NCBI GenBank assembly: GCA_964196355.1
Contig: CAXMTO010000242.1
Location: 1,648-65,647 of the forward strand
Source: an uncultured Myxococcota bacterium
GTDB lineage: Bacteria > Desulfobacterota > Desulfobulbia > Desulfobulbales > Desulfocapsaceae
Direction of reading: 5' to 3'
Length of the DNA stretch: 64,000 bases
A program made the position numbers and the translations under genes. Shown piece after piece: positions 54,672-64,000 of this stretch; position 1 is the first letter of the stretch, and every line of letters begins with the position of its first letter. Below the pieces are notes generated by a model. The model had not been told where the DNA came from. It did not search any database and saw only the letters and a list, made by a program, of their open reading frames with translations.

Positions 54672-55268
54672 ATGCAGATAACAAGTAAGATGGTAAAAGA
54701 CCTGAGGGATAAAACAGCCGCAGGTATGATGGATTGCAAGAAGGCCCTTACTGAAACAGGTGGGGATATGGAAAAAGCAGTGGACCTTTTGAGGCAAAAA
54801 GGCCTCGCTGTAGCAGCCAAGCGTGCAGGAAGAGCCACCAGCGAAGGCGTTATCGCCACGTATGTTCATGCTGGGGGGAATCTTGGTGTTATGGTCGAAC
54901 TTGGGTGTGAAACAGATTTCGTTGCTAAAAATGAGGATTTCAGGGCTTTTGGCCGTGATATCGCCATGCACGTAGCTGCTATAAATCCTATCGCGGTAAA
55001 CAGGGACGATATACCTGCGGAGGTAGTTGCCAGAGAGAAAGAAATTTATGTACAGCAGGCACTGGAATCTGGTAAGCCAGAGGCGATTGTAGAGAAAATG
55101 GTAACAGGTAAAGTAGAAAAATTTGTTTCTGAAGTCTGCCTACTGGAACAGCAATACGTAAAAAACCCTGATCTTACAGTCCAGGATCTTCTTAATGAAC
55201 TGGTGGGTAAAATGGGAGAAAATATTTCTATCAAGCGCTTCGCCAGATTTCAGGTAGGTGTAGAGTAG
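54672..55268 (+). CDS. tsf: Elongation factor Ts (short form, 198 aa)
   Basis: VKDLRDKTAAGMMDCKKAL, CETDFVAKN, IAMHVAA, GENISIKRFARF. Confidence 0.97.
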   Translation: MQITSKMVKDLRDKTAAGMMDCKKALTETGGDMEKAVDLLRQKGLAVAAKRAGRATSEGVIATYVHAGGNLGVMVELGCETDFVAKNEDFRAFGRDIAMHVAAINPIAVNRDDIPAEVVAREKEIYVQQALESGKPEAIVEKMVTGKVEKFVSEVCLLEQQYVKNPDLTVQDLLNELVGKMGENISIKRFARFQVGVE

Positions 55269-55352
55269 CAGGTGAAGTGGTGCCCTTTTTGGGTGTCGTT
55301 GGCGACTATTTTCAACCTCTACTGCTTACATTTTCAAACGAAGGAAAGGTAA

Positions 55353-56066
55353 ATGACCGTAAAATATAAACGGCTGCTGCTTAAACTCAGTGGTGAAGCG
55401 CTGATGGGCGAAGATTCCTACGGAATTAGTCCCAGAGTACTCGATTTCGTTGCCGGTGAGGTAAAAGAGGTTGTTGCGGAGGGGGCAGAGCTTGGTATTG
55501 TTATCGGTGCGGGCAATATTTTTAGAGGTGTCGCCGGCGCGAGCAAGGGTATGGACAGAACAACTGCAGATAACATGGGAATGCTTGCAACTGTGATGAA
55601 CAGTCTGGCAATGCAGGATGCATTGGAACGTAATGGTATTATTACCCGCGTGATGTCTGCAATTCCCATGCAGTCCGTTTCAGAACCATATATTAGAAGA
55701 CGTGCCACCAGGCATCTTGAAAAGGGGAGGGTCGTGATTTTTGCGGCTGGGACAGGAAACCCCTATTTCACCACTGACTCGGCTGCGGTGCTTCGGGCCC
55801 TGGAGATTGATGCCCAGATTGTCATTAAGGCAACCAAAGTAGATGGTGTATATGATAAAGATCCTGTTGTGAATGATGACGCAAAAAGATATGATAGCCT
55901 CTCCTATGATCTTGTATTGCAGAAGGGGTTGAGAGTCATGGACGCCGCTGGTATTGCCCTTGCCCGTGAAGATGGCTTACCTATTATGGTACTGGATATG
56001 ACTGTTCCCGGCAATATCAGACGGGCAGCACTTGGGGACGCAGTTGGCACACTTATCACCGAATAA
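55353..56066 (+). CDS. pyrH: Uridylate kinase
   Basis: [37 protein letters not shown]. Confidence 0.97.
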   Translation: MTVKYKRLLLKLSGEALMGEDSYGISPRVLDFVAGEVKEVVAEGAELGIVIGAGNIFRGVAGASKGMDRTTADNMGMLATVMNSLAMQDALERNGIITRVMSAIPMQSVSEPYIRRRATRHLEKGRVVIFAAGTGNPYFTTDSAAVLRALEIDAQIVIKATKVDGVYDKDPVVNDDAKRYDSLSYDLVLQKGLRVMDAAGIALAREDGLPIMVLDMTVPGNIRRAALGDAVGTLITE

Positions 56067-56104
56067 ACACGAGGTTTGGCGAATATTCTGAGGAGAGGAG
56101 AATC

Positions 56105-56659
56105 ATGAGTAAAGTTATTTTGATTATGTCTGATAAAATGGCAAAAAGTGTTGAATCCTTAAGGAAAGAACTCTCAAAAGTGAGGACAGGGCGGGCATCT
56201 CTCTCTATAATTGATGATATATCTGTAGACGCTTACGGAAGTGCCATGCCTCTCAATCAGGTGTGTACACTCACTATTCCGGAGAGCAGACTCATTGCCA
56301 TTCAACCATGGGACCCGCAGATGCTTCCAGCCATTGAAAAAGCAATCCTCAAATCCGGCGTTGGCTTGACTCCTGTCAACGATGGGAAAATTATACGCCT
56401 TAATATCCCGCAACTCACAGAAGAACGAAGAAAAGAGCTTGTGAAGTCGGTGAAGAAAACTGCAGAGGAGTTCAGGGTTGCTATTCGAAATATACGAAGA
56501 GAGGCCATAGACATTCTGAAAAAGCAGAAAAAGGACAAGGACATATCTGAAGACGAAATGTTCAAACTCCAGGATGAAGCACAGGCCGAAACCGATACGT
56601 ATATTAAAAAAATCGACGAAATTTCAGGCTCCAAAGAAAAAGAGGTGATGGAAGTTTAA
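56105..56659 (+). CDS. frr: Ribosome recycling factor
   Basis: VRTGRAS, IQPWD, PQLTEERRKEL, VAIRNIRR. Confidence 0.97.
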   Translation: MSKVILIMSDKMAKSVESLRKELSKVRTGRASLSIIDDISVDAYGSAMPLNQVCTLTIPESRLIAIQPWDPQMLPAIEKAILKSGVGLTPVNDGKIIRLNIPQLTEERRKELVKSVKKTAEEFRVAIRNIRREAIDILKKQKKDKDISEDEMFKLQDEAQAETDTYIKKIDEISGSKEKEVMEV

Positions 56660-56703
56660 GCGAGTACTGAAAAGAGTGCAGGATTTTTTACCGTTTACCG
56701 GTA

Positions 56704-56845
56704 TTAGTTCCTTACTCCTGAAAACCAGTCACTCTTTTCAGTACCCCCTTGAGGGGTGTAAAATACAAGAAACAGAGGAATGTCTTTTGAAATTATGTTG
56801 TTAGGTGTATCACCATGGTACTTATACCCCTTTGCGGGGTGTTAG
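56704..56845 (+). mobile_element. Family A element, copy 5, with a 27-bp internal insertion
   Basis: TTAG-TTCCTTACTCCTGAAAACCAGTCA[CTCTTTTCAGTACCCCCTTGAGGGGTG]TAAAATACAAGAAA...TATACCCCTTTGCGGGGTG-TTAG. Confidence 0.88.
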
Positions 56846-57037
56846 TACACTCTATATTGGTTGCTGCCTGGAGCTTACTTTTCTCCGAGTTTTCATCGTT
56901 TTTCAGATACTATCTTGGAATACTCAAAGCATATTTCTTAAACATTGACCGAGTTTCTCGATTAATGCTTAAATAGTCACTTCAGGCTTAATGCTGCCAG
57001 CCATTTAAAAGCGAAATATTCGGGATTCTTGTTGATT

Positions 57038-57784
57038 ATGGTTCGCACTCCTATTGTTGATTTAGAACGTCTGCCACGCCATGTTGCCATTATTATGGAT
57101 GGGAATGGTAGATGGGCGAAAAGAAAGAAAAAACCAAGATTGTTCGGGCATAAAGCCGGGGCTGATTCTGTTCGCGATATTGTCGAAATATCCAGGAAGA
57201 TAGGCATCAAATATATCACTCTTTATGCCTTTTCATCTGAAAACTGGAACAGGCCGGCTCAAGAAGTGACTGGGTTAATGTCCATTTTGAAAAGATATCT
57301 TGAGGCAGAACTTTCTCAAATGCAGAAAAATGATATTCGGCTGATGTCAATCGGAGACCGCAGCAGGCTGCCTGAATCTGTGCGGGAAACTCTTGAAAGT
57401 GTAATTAAAAAAACCTCCGCCAACTCCAAGTTGATTCTCAATCTTGCTCTGAGTTATGGCGCGCGCGATGAAATTGTGCGTGCAATGAAAGGGCTGGCCC
57501 ACGAATGTCTTACTGGAGAACGCGACATCGATTCGATAACAAGCGAGGTTGTGAGCAATCATCTCGATACTGCTGATCTGCCTGACCCTGATCTTCTGAT
57601 TCGTACGGGAGGTGAATCCCGATTATCAAATTTTATGTTATGGCAGGTGTCCTATTCTGAGATCTATTTTACGGATGTTATGTGGCCTGAATTTCGGAAG
57701 GATTTGTTTTTACAGGCGCTTTCTGAATATCAGTCCAGGGAGAGACGTTTTGGTCGTACCGGAGAGCAACTGCACGTTGAGTAG
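57038..57784 (+). CDS. uppS: Undecaprenyl diphosphate synthase
   Basis: HVAIIMDGNGRWA, YAFSSENWNRP, DLLIRTGGESRLSNF. Confidence 0.96.
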   Translation: MVRTPIVDLERLPRHVAIIMDGNGRWAKRKKKPRLFGHKAGADSVRDIVEISRKIGIKYITLYAFSSENWNRPAQEVTGLMSILKRYLEAELSQMQKNDIRLMSIGDRSRLPESVRETLESVIKKTSANSKLILNLALSYGARDEIVRAMKGLAHECLTGERDIDSITSEVVSNHLDTADLPDPDLLIRTGGESRLSNFMLWQVSYSEIYFTDVMWPEFRKDLFLQALSEYQSRERRFGRTGEQLHVE

Positions 57785-57787
57785 ATT

Positions 57788-58588
57788 ATGAAACGTATCG
57801 TACCTGGGCTCTTACTTGCTGGCTTTTGGCTTCTACTCCTGCTGAAAGGGTCGATACTGCTGTTCAGTGTTGTCATACTCATAGTTGTTTTTGCTGGTTG
57901 TGACGAATATGTAAGGATGGTAACAGGCGAAGAAGAAAATCGTGTTGAAAGATACCTTTTAGACTTCATTCTGGCAATACCTGTCATAGGTATCTGTATT
58001 TTTCCTCAAGTATCCGTATTACCTCTTTTTCTCCTCATTTCATTCTTCGTTCTCACCGGCTACTTTATTGTTAAATACCCATTTTTAGAAGATAGTTATC
58101 TTCAGTTTTGTCGGCTCACATTCGGCCTGATTTATATTGGTTTGCTCGGCGCACATATCGTCCTTCTCCGATATCTGCCTGAAGGTGGGGCCTGGCTTAT
58201 CATCGTTTCTGCCATTACCGCCTGTTCAGATAGTGGCGCCTATTTTGTCGGTCGTGCCGTCGGAAAGCACAAACTTTGTCCTCATATCAGTCCAAACAAG
58301 ACGATAGAGGGAGCTTTTGGAGGGATTGGCGCTGGAATCTTGGGCGCAATACTCTTTGCGTTTCTGCTTTTGCCTGATATCTACTGGCTCTTTCTCATAT
58401 TCTCCTCATTACTTATAGCCGGAGTAGGAATTGCGGGCGATCTTACCGAGTCGATTGTTAAGCGAGGTACAGGGACAAAAGACTCCGGTAAATGTCTGGC
58501 AGGGCATGGGGGAATCCTTGATCGTGTCGATTCGCTGCTCTTTGCCGGTCCCGTTCTCTATTATCTCATTATTTTTTCGGGTGTTTGA
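57788..58588 (+). CDS. cdsA: Phosphatidate cytidylyltransferase
   Basis: [45 protein letters not shown]. Confidence 0.95.
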   Translation: MKRIVPGLLLAGFWLLLLLKGSILLFSVVILIVVFAGCDEYVRMVTGEEENRVERYLLDFILAIPVIGICIFPQVSVLPLFLLISFFVLTGYFIVKYPFLEDSYLQFCRLTFGLIYIGLLGAHIVLLRYLPEGGAWLIIVSAITACSDSGAYFVGRAVGKHKLCPHISPNKTIEGAFGGIGAGILGAILFAFLLLPDIYWLFLIFSSLLIAGVGIAGDLTESIVKRGTGTKDSGKCLAGHGGILDRVDSLLFAGPVLYYLIIFSGV

Positions 58589-59742
58589 TGAAGTTCATTT
58601 CTCTTTTAGGAGCTACCGGTTCGATCGGTGTAAATGTGCTGCAGATTGTCAGGCAGTTCCCGCAGCACTATAAAATTGTGGCTATGGCTGCTGGGAAAAA
58701 CGTTTCCAGGATGGCTGAACAGGTTCTGGAGTTCAAGCCTGAACTTATTTCTATTTTGGATGAGGCTCATGCCGGTGCTCTTTGTGATTTACTGCCCAAA
58801 GAATATCACAATAGAATTGTCACGGGGCTGGAAGGGAATAAGCTGGTTGCGTCATATCCGACGGCTACTATGACAATATCCGCTATAGTTGGAGCTGCCG
58901 GTCTGCTTCCCACCCTCGCGGCTATCCGGGCCGGCAAAGATATTGGTCTGGCCAATAAAGAGACTCTTGTCATGGCCGGCAAGATTGTGATGGAAGCTGT
59001 AAAGGAGAAAGGAGTGAAGCTCCTTCCTGTAGATTCGGAACACTCAGCCATCTTCCAGGCCCTTGAGGCCGGTCAAAGAACCGATCTTGACAAAATTATC
59101 CTGACGGCATCCGGTGGACCGTTCAGGGGGAAAGATCTGCAGCAACTCAAATCTGTCACAAGGGAGCAGGCCCTGAACCATCCGAACTGGGATATGGGCA
59201 GAAAGATCTCTATCGATTCGGCGACTCTCATGAATAAGGGGCTGGAGGTGATTGAGGCTAAGTGGCTTTTTGATGTTAAAGCCGAGGAGATTGAAGTTGT
59301 TGTACATCCTCAGTCCATTGTTCACTCCCTGGTGGAATATAAAGATGGATCTGTGATCGCTCAACTTGGCATTCCTGATATGAGAATTCCAATTGCTTAC
59401 GCTCTCTCCTATCCAGATCGACTGGAACTTGATTTGCGCTCCCTTAACCTTTCAATGTGTGCGAATCTTGAGTTTCTGGAACCTGATTATATCAGTTTCC
59501 CTGCGCTTAAACTCGCTTTTGAAGCAATTAATGCAGGTGGTGTCGCCCCGGCTGTTTTAAATGCTGCAAATGAGGTGGCTGTTGATGCATTTCTTGATTC
59601 ACGCATTCTTTTTCCTGATATAGCCGAGACAGTTGCCAGAACAATGGATATTGTTCAGGAAGGAAGCGGGGATAGCCTTGAAGATATCCTTCAGGCAGAT
59701 ATGAGGGCCCGCAGGGAGGCACTTCATCTAATTCAACAGTAG
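58588..59742 (+). CDS. dxr: 1-deoxy-D-xylulose 5-phosphate reductoisomerase
   Basis: [43 protein letters not shown]. Confidence 0.97.
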   Translation: MKFISLLGATGSIGVNVLQIVRQFPQHYKIVAMAAGKNVSRMAEQVLEFKPELISILDEAHAGALCDLLPKEYHNRIVTGLEGNKLVASYPTATMTISAIVGAAGLLPTLAAIRAGKDIGLANKETLVMAGKIVMEAVKEKGVKLLPVDSEHSAIFQALEAGQRTDLDKIILTASGGPFRGKDLQQLKSVTREQALNHPNWDMGRKISIDSATLMNKGLEVIEAKWLFDVKAEEIEVVVHPQSIVHSLVEYKDGSVIAQLGIPDMRIPIAYALSYPDRLELDLRSLNLSMCANLEFLEPDYISFPALKLAFEAINAGGVAPAVLNAANEVAVDAFLDSRILFPDIAETVARTMDIVQEGSGDSLEDILQADMRARREALHLIQQ

Positions 59743-59834
59743 ATGAAATCTTACAGCATAGCTTCTTTGATTACCTGTATTGTTTTTTTAACAATTCATA
59801 CAAATGTGGATGATGGATTCATCAATTAAATGAC

Positions 59835-60908
59835 ATGAATACTCTTTTTTCTTTTATCTTAGTTCTTGGTCTGCTGATCTTTGTTCATGAACTTGGCCAT
59901 TTTCTCTTCGCCAAATTGTTTGGTGTCCGGGTTTTAAAATTTTCTTTAGGGTTCGGCCCTAAACTCGCTGGTAAAACCATTGGTGAGACAGAGTATGTCA
60001 TCTCTGCGTTCCCCTTGGGTGGATTTGTGAAAATGTTTGGCGAGAATCCAGATGAACAGCAGGTTGATGATGCTGAGAAGAAAGTCTCCTTTGCCCATAA
60101 AGCTGTTTGGCAGCGGTTTTTAATAGTTCTGGCCGGTCCTCTATTTAATATGCTTTTTTCTGTGGGACTGTTCTTTATGGTATTTTTCTTTGCTGGGATT
60201 CCAACTTCTGTGGATACTACCCGTATTGGCAAGGTGAGTGAAGGATCGCCAGCAGAGAGAGCCGGGCTTAAAGTAGATGATGTTCTTCTTGAAATTAATG
60301 GGCAACCCACCGTGAGTTGGCTCGATGTTCTTGAGGGTGTGAAGGGCAGTGACGGACAATTGGTGACTGTTGTTGTCGAAAGGCAGGGCGGCAGGGTCCA
60401 GTTAACGGTGGAACCCAAGATCGATACAGTCAAAAATGTGTTTGGTGAGAAGGTTGAAGAGCGGTTCATGATCGGCATCGTCAAGGCTGACGAACTGATA
60501 TATACGAAGGGGACGCTGATAGATTCCATGGAGAATGCCATAGCACAGACCTGGATGTATATTTCTCTCACCGCAATTGGATTTGTTAAGATATTACAGA
60601 GGGTTATACCTGCTTCGGATTTAGGGGGTCCCATTCTCATAGCCCAGATTGCAGGTGAACAGATGAAAGCGGGCTGGATGAATCTGCTCTACTTTATGGG
60701 CTTACTCAGTGTCAACCTTGGATTCCTTAATCTTCTTCCCATACCCGTTCTTGACGGTGGACATCTGGTTTTTCTCACCATTGAAGCGATAATGAGAAAG
60801 CCTATGAATGAGAGGGTCCAGATATTTGCACAGCAGGTTGGTATTGGTTTACTCGGTACACTTATGATTTTCGTCTTCTATAACGATATAGTCAGGTTGC
60901 TGAGTTGA
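59835..60908 (+). CDS. rseP: RIP metalloprotease RseP
   Basis: HELGH, PDZ-like GSPAERAGLKVDD, NLLPIPVLDGGH. Confidence 0.95.
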   Translation: MNTLFSFILVLGLLIFVHELGHFLFAKLFGVRVLKFSLGFGPKLAGKTIGETEYVISAFPLGGFVKMFGENPDEQQVDDAEKKVSFAHKAVWQRFLIVLAGPLFNMLFSVGLFFMVFFFAGIPTSVDTTRIGKVSEGSPAERAGLKVDDVLLEINGQPTVSWLDVLEGVKGSDGQLVTVVVERQGGRVQLTVEPKIDTVKNVFGEKVEERFMIGIVKADELIYTKGTLIDSMENAIAQTWMYISLTAIGFVKILQRVIPASDLGGPILIAQIAGEQMKAGWMNLLYFMGLLSVNLGFLNLLPIPVLDGGHLVFLTIEAIMRKPMNERVQIFAQQVGIGLLGTLMIFVFYNDIVRLLS

Positions 60909-61657
60909 TGGGACAGGATGAATCTCTGATATTGTCAATTGACACGGCAACACCCTGCAGTTCAGTCGCCCTTACTCAGGGTACGAGAAAAAATGGCAAG
61001 GTACTGGCCTCAATCAGTTTGAGCAGCAGAGTAACACACTCAAGGAGGCTACTGGCTGCTATTGACTATCTGATGAGTGAGACAGAGGTCGACTGGCCAT
61101 CTATTGAAGCTGTTGCTGTAAGCATTGGACCCGGAAGCTTTACCGGTCTGAGAATCGGGATGGCTACAGCAAAGGGTCTGGTATTTGGGGCGGACAGGGT
61201 GATGGTTGGTGTCTCTACTCTTGATGGGCTGGCGAGTAAATGTGCTCCTTCTCCGTGGATATGTTCGGTTCTTGATGCTCGGAAGAACGAGGTCTATGCG
61301 GCTTTTTACAGAACGGATGCTGAAGGCTTGACAGTCCTCTCCGGTATACCTGTGGTGATTTCGCCTGAGAAGTTGGCAGAATGTATTACAGAACCTGTTG
61401 TTCTGGTTGGTGACGGGGTAAATGTCTATGGCGATGTATGGAAGACTCTTCTAGAGGGCAAGGTCTCATATGCCCCTGCGCATTTGCACCAGCCAAGTGC
61501 AGCCTGTCTCGGTTTTATAGGGAAAGAGAAGCTCCAGGCAGGCGATATTCTGAATATGGGGGAGGCTGTTCCTTCCTATATACGTGCATCTGACGCTGAG
61601 CTGAATCTTGTCAGGAAGAGAGATGGGAATGACACGAGTGAGACATCTCAGGGTTGA
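60908..61657 (+). CDS. tsaB: tRNA t6A biosynthesis protein TsaB
   Basis: ILSIDTAT, GPGSFTGLRIG, DARKNEVY, PSYIRASDAE. Confidence 0.93.
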   Translation: MGQDESLILSIDTATPCSSVALTQGTRKNGKVLASISLSSRVTHSRRLLAAIDYLMSETEVDWPSIEAVAVSIGPGSFTGLRIGMATAKGLVFGADRVMVGVSTLDGLASKCAPSPWICSVLDARKNEVYAAFYRTDAEGLTVLSGIPVVISPEKLAECITEPVVLVGDGVNVYGDVWKTLLEGKVSYAPAHLHQPSAACLGFIGKEKLQAGDILNMGEAVPSYIRASDAELNLVRKRDGNDTSETSQG

Positions 61658-61744
61658 CATGCCACTGGGAGCTTTTTGGCACAGTGGCTGGCAGACCAGA
61701 GTAATTATGGTGGGAGTAGAAACGGGGCTGGAAGAAAACGAACG

Positions 61745-62839
61745 ATGATTGTGCGAAGGCGAACAAAAAAAATCCGGGTTGGCAGTGTGGAGATTGGCGG
61801 GGACAGTTCAATTTCAGTACAGTCAATGACCAATACCAATACGGCAGATACCGACTCAACCGTCGCCCAGATTCAGAGACTGCAAGATGCCGGCTGTGAT
61901 ATTGTGCGTGTTGCGGTCCCCGATCAGGAAGCTGCCATTGCCATCAGGGCAGTTCGTGATGGCATTGCAATTCCTCTCATAGCAGATATTCATTTTGACG
62001 CCCGTCTGGCGATAAAAGCGATGGAGAATGGTGCAGATGGTATCCGCATCAATCCCGGCAACCTGGGGGGAGAAGAAAAGGTTGCAAAGGTTGTTGATGC
62101 TGCACTTTGCCATCGGATTCCAATTCGTGTAGGTGTCAACAGCGGATCTATAGAAAAGGATCTGTTGAAAAAATTTGGGTATCCCACCCCCCACAATACC
62201 GATGCTCTGATTGAGAGTGCAATGCGGAATGTGCGGTTGCTGGAAAAATATGGCTGTTACGATATTAAAATTTCCATTAAATCTGCCGATGTCCTTACTA
62301 CAGTAAACGGCTACAGTAAACTCTCCAGGATTACAGACTATCCATTGCATCTCGGTGTTACGGAAGCGGGAGGATTGATAGCAGGCACTGTCAAGTCGAG
62401 TGTTGCCTTGGGGTTGCTTCTTAACCAGGGGATAGGTGATACCTTCCGGATTTCCCTGACCCGAGATCCGGTGGAAGAGATCCGCGTGGGATTTGAGCTC
62501 TTGCGGTCACTGAACATTCGTCATCGGGGTCCGGAGCTTATTTCATGTCCGACCTGTGGACGCACCCGTATTGACCTTTTCAGCCTGGCTGAGAAGGTCG
62601 AGGTTCATGTCCAGACTATGGAGGCGCCACTGAAAGTTGCCGTTATGGGGTGCGTGGTGAATGGTCCAGGAGAAGCTCGTGAGGCGGATATCGGTGTTGC
62701 CGGTGGTAACGGAGTCGGTATTATCTTCAAAAAAGGTGAAATCTGGAAAAAGGTGAGTGAAAAAGAGCTTATGGATGTATTCATGACAGAGCTTATAAAA
62801 ATGGAGCATGAGTGGCATAAAAACCACGTTACCGATTAA
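61745..62839 (+). CDS. ispG: HMBPP synthase IspG
   Basis: SVQSMTNT, ADIHFD, RINPGN, LHLGVTEAG, SCPTCGR, VMGCVVNGPGEA; ATG 61745 chosen. Confidence 0.96.
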   Translation: MIVRRRTKKIRVGSVEIGGDSSISVQSMTNTNTADTDSTVAQIQRLQDAGCDIVRVAVPDQEAAIAIRAVRDGIAIPLIADIHFDARLAIKAMENGADGIRINPGNLGGEEKVAKVVDAALCHRIPIRVGVNSGSIEKDLLKKFGYPTPHNTDALIESAMRNVRLLEKYGCYDIKISIKSADVLTTVNGYSKLSRITDYPLHLGVTEAGGLIAGTVKSSVALGLLLNQGIGDTFRISLTRDPVEEIRVGFELLRSLNIRHRGPELISCPTCGRTRIDLFSLAEKVEVHVQTMEAPLKVAVMGCVVNGPGEAREADIGVAGGNGVGIIFKKGEIWKKVSEKELMDVFMTELIKMEHEWHKNHVTD

Positions 62840-63012
62840 GGGATACTCTGCATGGCAGCTTTTTTGTTTCAGGTCGAGGCGTGGCAGAAGTATTCTCGTG
62901 GACATCCCCCTCCTGGTAATGATCTGTACTAAATAAACCAGCTGTTTTTGTTGACAAAAAAAAGAAATATCAAGATGTAAGAACTGCTAACCTATTGAGT
63001 CATACTAACTTT

Positions 63013-64000
63013 ATGCGCTATTCTCAAACGCTGTTGCCAACCCTTAAGGAAATTCCTGCTGAAGCGGAAATCGCGAGTCACAGATTGATGCTGCGAGCAG
63101 GATTTATGCGTAAACTCACCTCGGGAATTTATTCCTACCTTCCCTATGGCCTTGCTGCTATTCGCAAAGTTGAAAATATTGTACGGGAAGAGATGAACAG
63201 AGCCGGAGCCCAGGAGCTGCTCTTGCCTATGGTTCAACCTGCCGATTTATGGGCTGAGAGTGGCCGTTATGAAAAATATGGGCCCGAGCTCCTACGTTTT
63301 CATGATAGACATGAAAGAGAGTCCTGTCTCGGCCCAACCCATGAAGAAGTAATAACTGATATTGTGAGAAAGGACGTGCATTCCTACAGGGACCTGCCGA
63401 TTAATCTCTATCAGATCCAGACAAAATTTCGTGATGAAATCAGGCCCCGATTCGGCCTCATGCGAGGGCGTGAATTTATTATGAAAGATGCCTATTCCTT
63501 TGATGTGAGCGATAAGGCCGCTGAAATCAGTTATCGGAAAATGTATCAGGCCTACCAGCGCATTTTTACCCGGTGTGGTTTGGCATTTCGCGCCGTTCAG
63601 GCAGACTCCGGAGCTATTGGTGGTAGTTTTTCTCATGAGTTTATGGTCTTGGCCGAGACTGGTGAGGATACTGTCTTCTTTTGTAAGGAGTGTGAGTATG
63701 CTGCGAATATGGAAAAAGCAGTAGTAAAACTGAGGGAAAAAGAGAACATCGAACCGCTGGAAAAATTAGAAAAAATAGAAACTCCAGGAAAACGAAAAGT
63801 CGATACGGTATGCGAATTCTTGAATATTTCCTCCAGCCAACTTGTTAAAACGCTTGTTTTTATGGCCGATGATCAGCCCGTTGCCGTACTTGTCAGAGGA
63901 GACAGGGAGGTGGAAGAGGTTAAACTAAAAAACCTTCTCGGTGTCGCTGACGTTGAAATTGCCGATGCCAATCAGGTATACGATACTACCAAGGTACCTA
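63013..64000 (+). CDS. proS: Proline--tRNA ligase (5' part; runs off the right edge)
   Basis: Manual translation [30 protein letters not shown]...LGPTHEE...[31 protein letters not shown]. Confidence 0.96.
   Translation, partial: MRYSQTLLPTLKEIPAEAEIASHRLMLRAGFMRKLTSGIYSYLPYGLAAIRKVENIVREEMNRAGAQELLLPMVQPADLWAESGRYEKYGPELLRFHDRHERESCLGPTHEEVITDIVRKDVHSYRDLPINLYQIQTKFRDEIRPRFGLMRGREFIMKDAYSFDVSDKAAEISYRKMYQAYQRIFTRCGLAFRAVQADSGAIGGSFSHEFMVLAETGEDTVFFCKECEYAANMEKAVVKLREKENIEPLEKLEKIETPGKRKVDTVCEFLNISSSQLVKTLVFMADDQPVAVLVRGDREVEEVKLKNLLGVADVEIADANQVYDTTKVP

Noticed and set aside
61676-61744. N-terminal extension of IspG from TTG 61676 (similarly the ORF-track extensions of rplK, rplV, rplO and the YkgJ gene)
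   Set aside because: Homology and SD positions favour the downstream ATG starts.

Overview
Core-genome window from a dissimilatory sulfate-reducing (or sulfur-disproportionating) deltaproteobacterium; gene content and protein style suggest Desulfobulbales, which is an inference. From left to right: the N-terminus of a probable tyrosine integrase beside tRNA-Leu(CAG) (likely edge of a genomic island); ribF; a TPR/HEAT/TPR trio; ribE-ribBA-ribH-nusB; ftsK; aprBA; qmoABC; tRNA-Thr/Tyr/Gly/Thr; tuf-rpmG-tRNA-Trp-secE-nusG-rplKAJL-rpoBC; the str, S10, spc and alpha operons; a YkgJ-like Cys-cluster gene; rpsB-tsf-pyrH-frr-uppS-cdsA-dxr-rseP-tsaB-ispG; and the 5' part of proS. The most unusual content is non-coding. 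A 115-bp TTAG-bounded element with a terminal CCCC-loop-GGGG hairpin occurs five times, plus one diverged copy, inside essential operons. Two inverted pairs of it bracket single genes, and one copy carries an extra terminal hairpin joined to an inverted copy of flanking DNA. There is also a ~145-bp MITE with 20-bp terminal inverted repeats (two copies) and a third palindromic element between rpoC and rpsL. Also notable: a str-operon EF-G with altered domain IV loops, two tuf genes that are not homogenised, and a long G-U-rich RNA stem between aprA and qmoA. All alignments were done by eye; no database searches were run.
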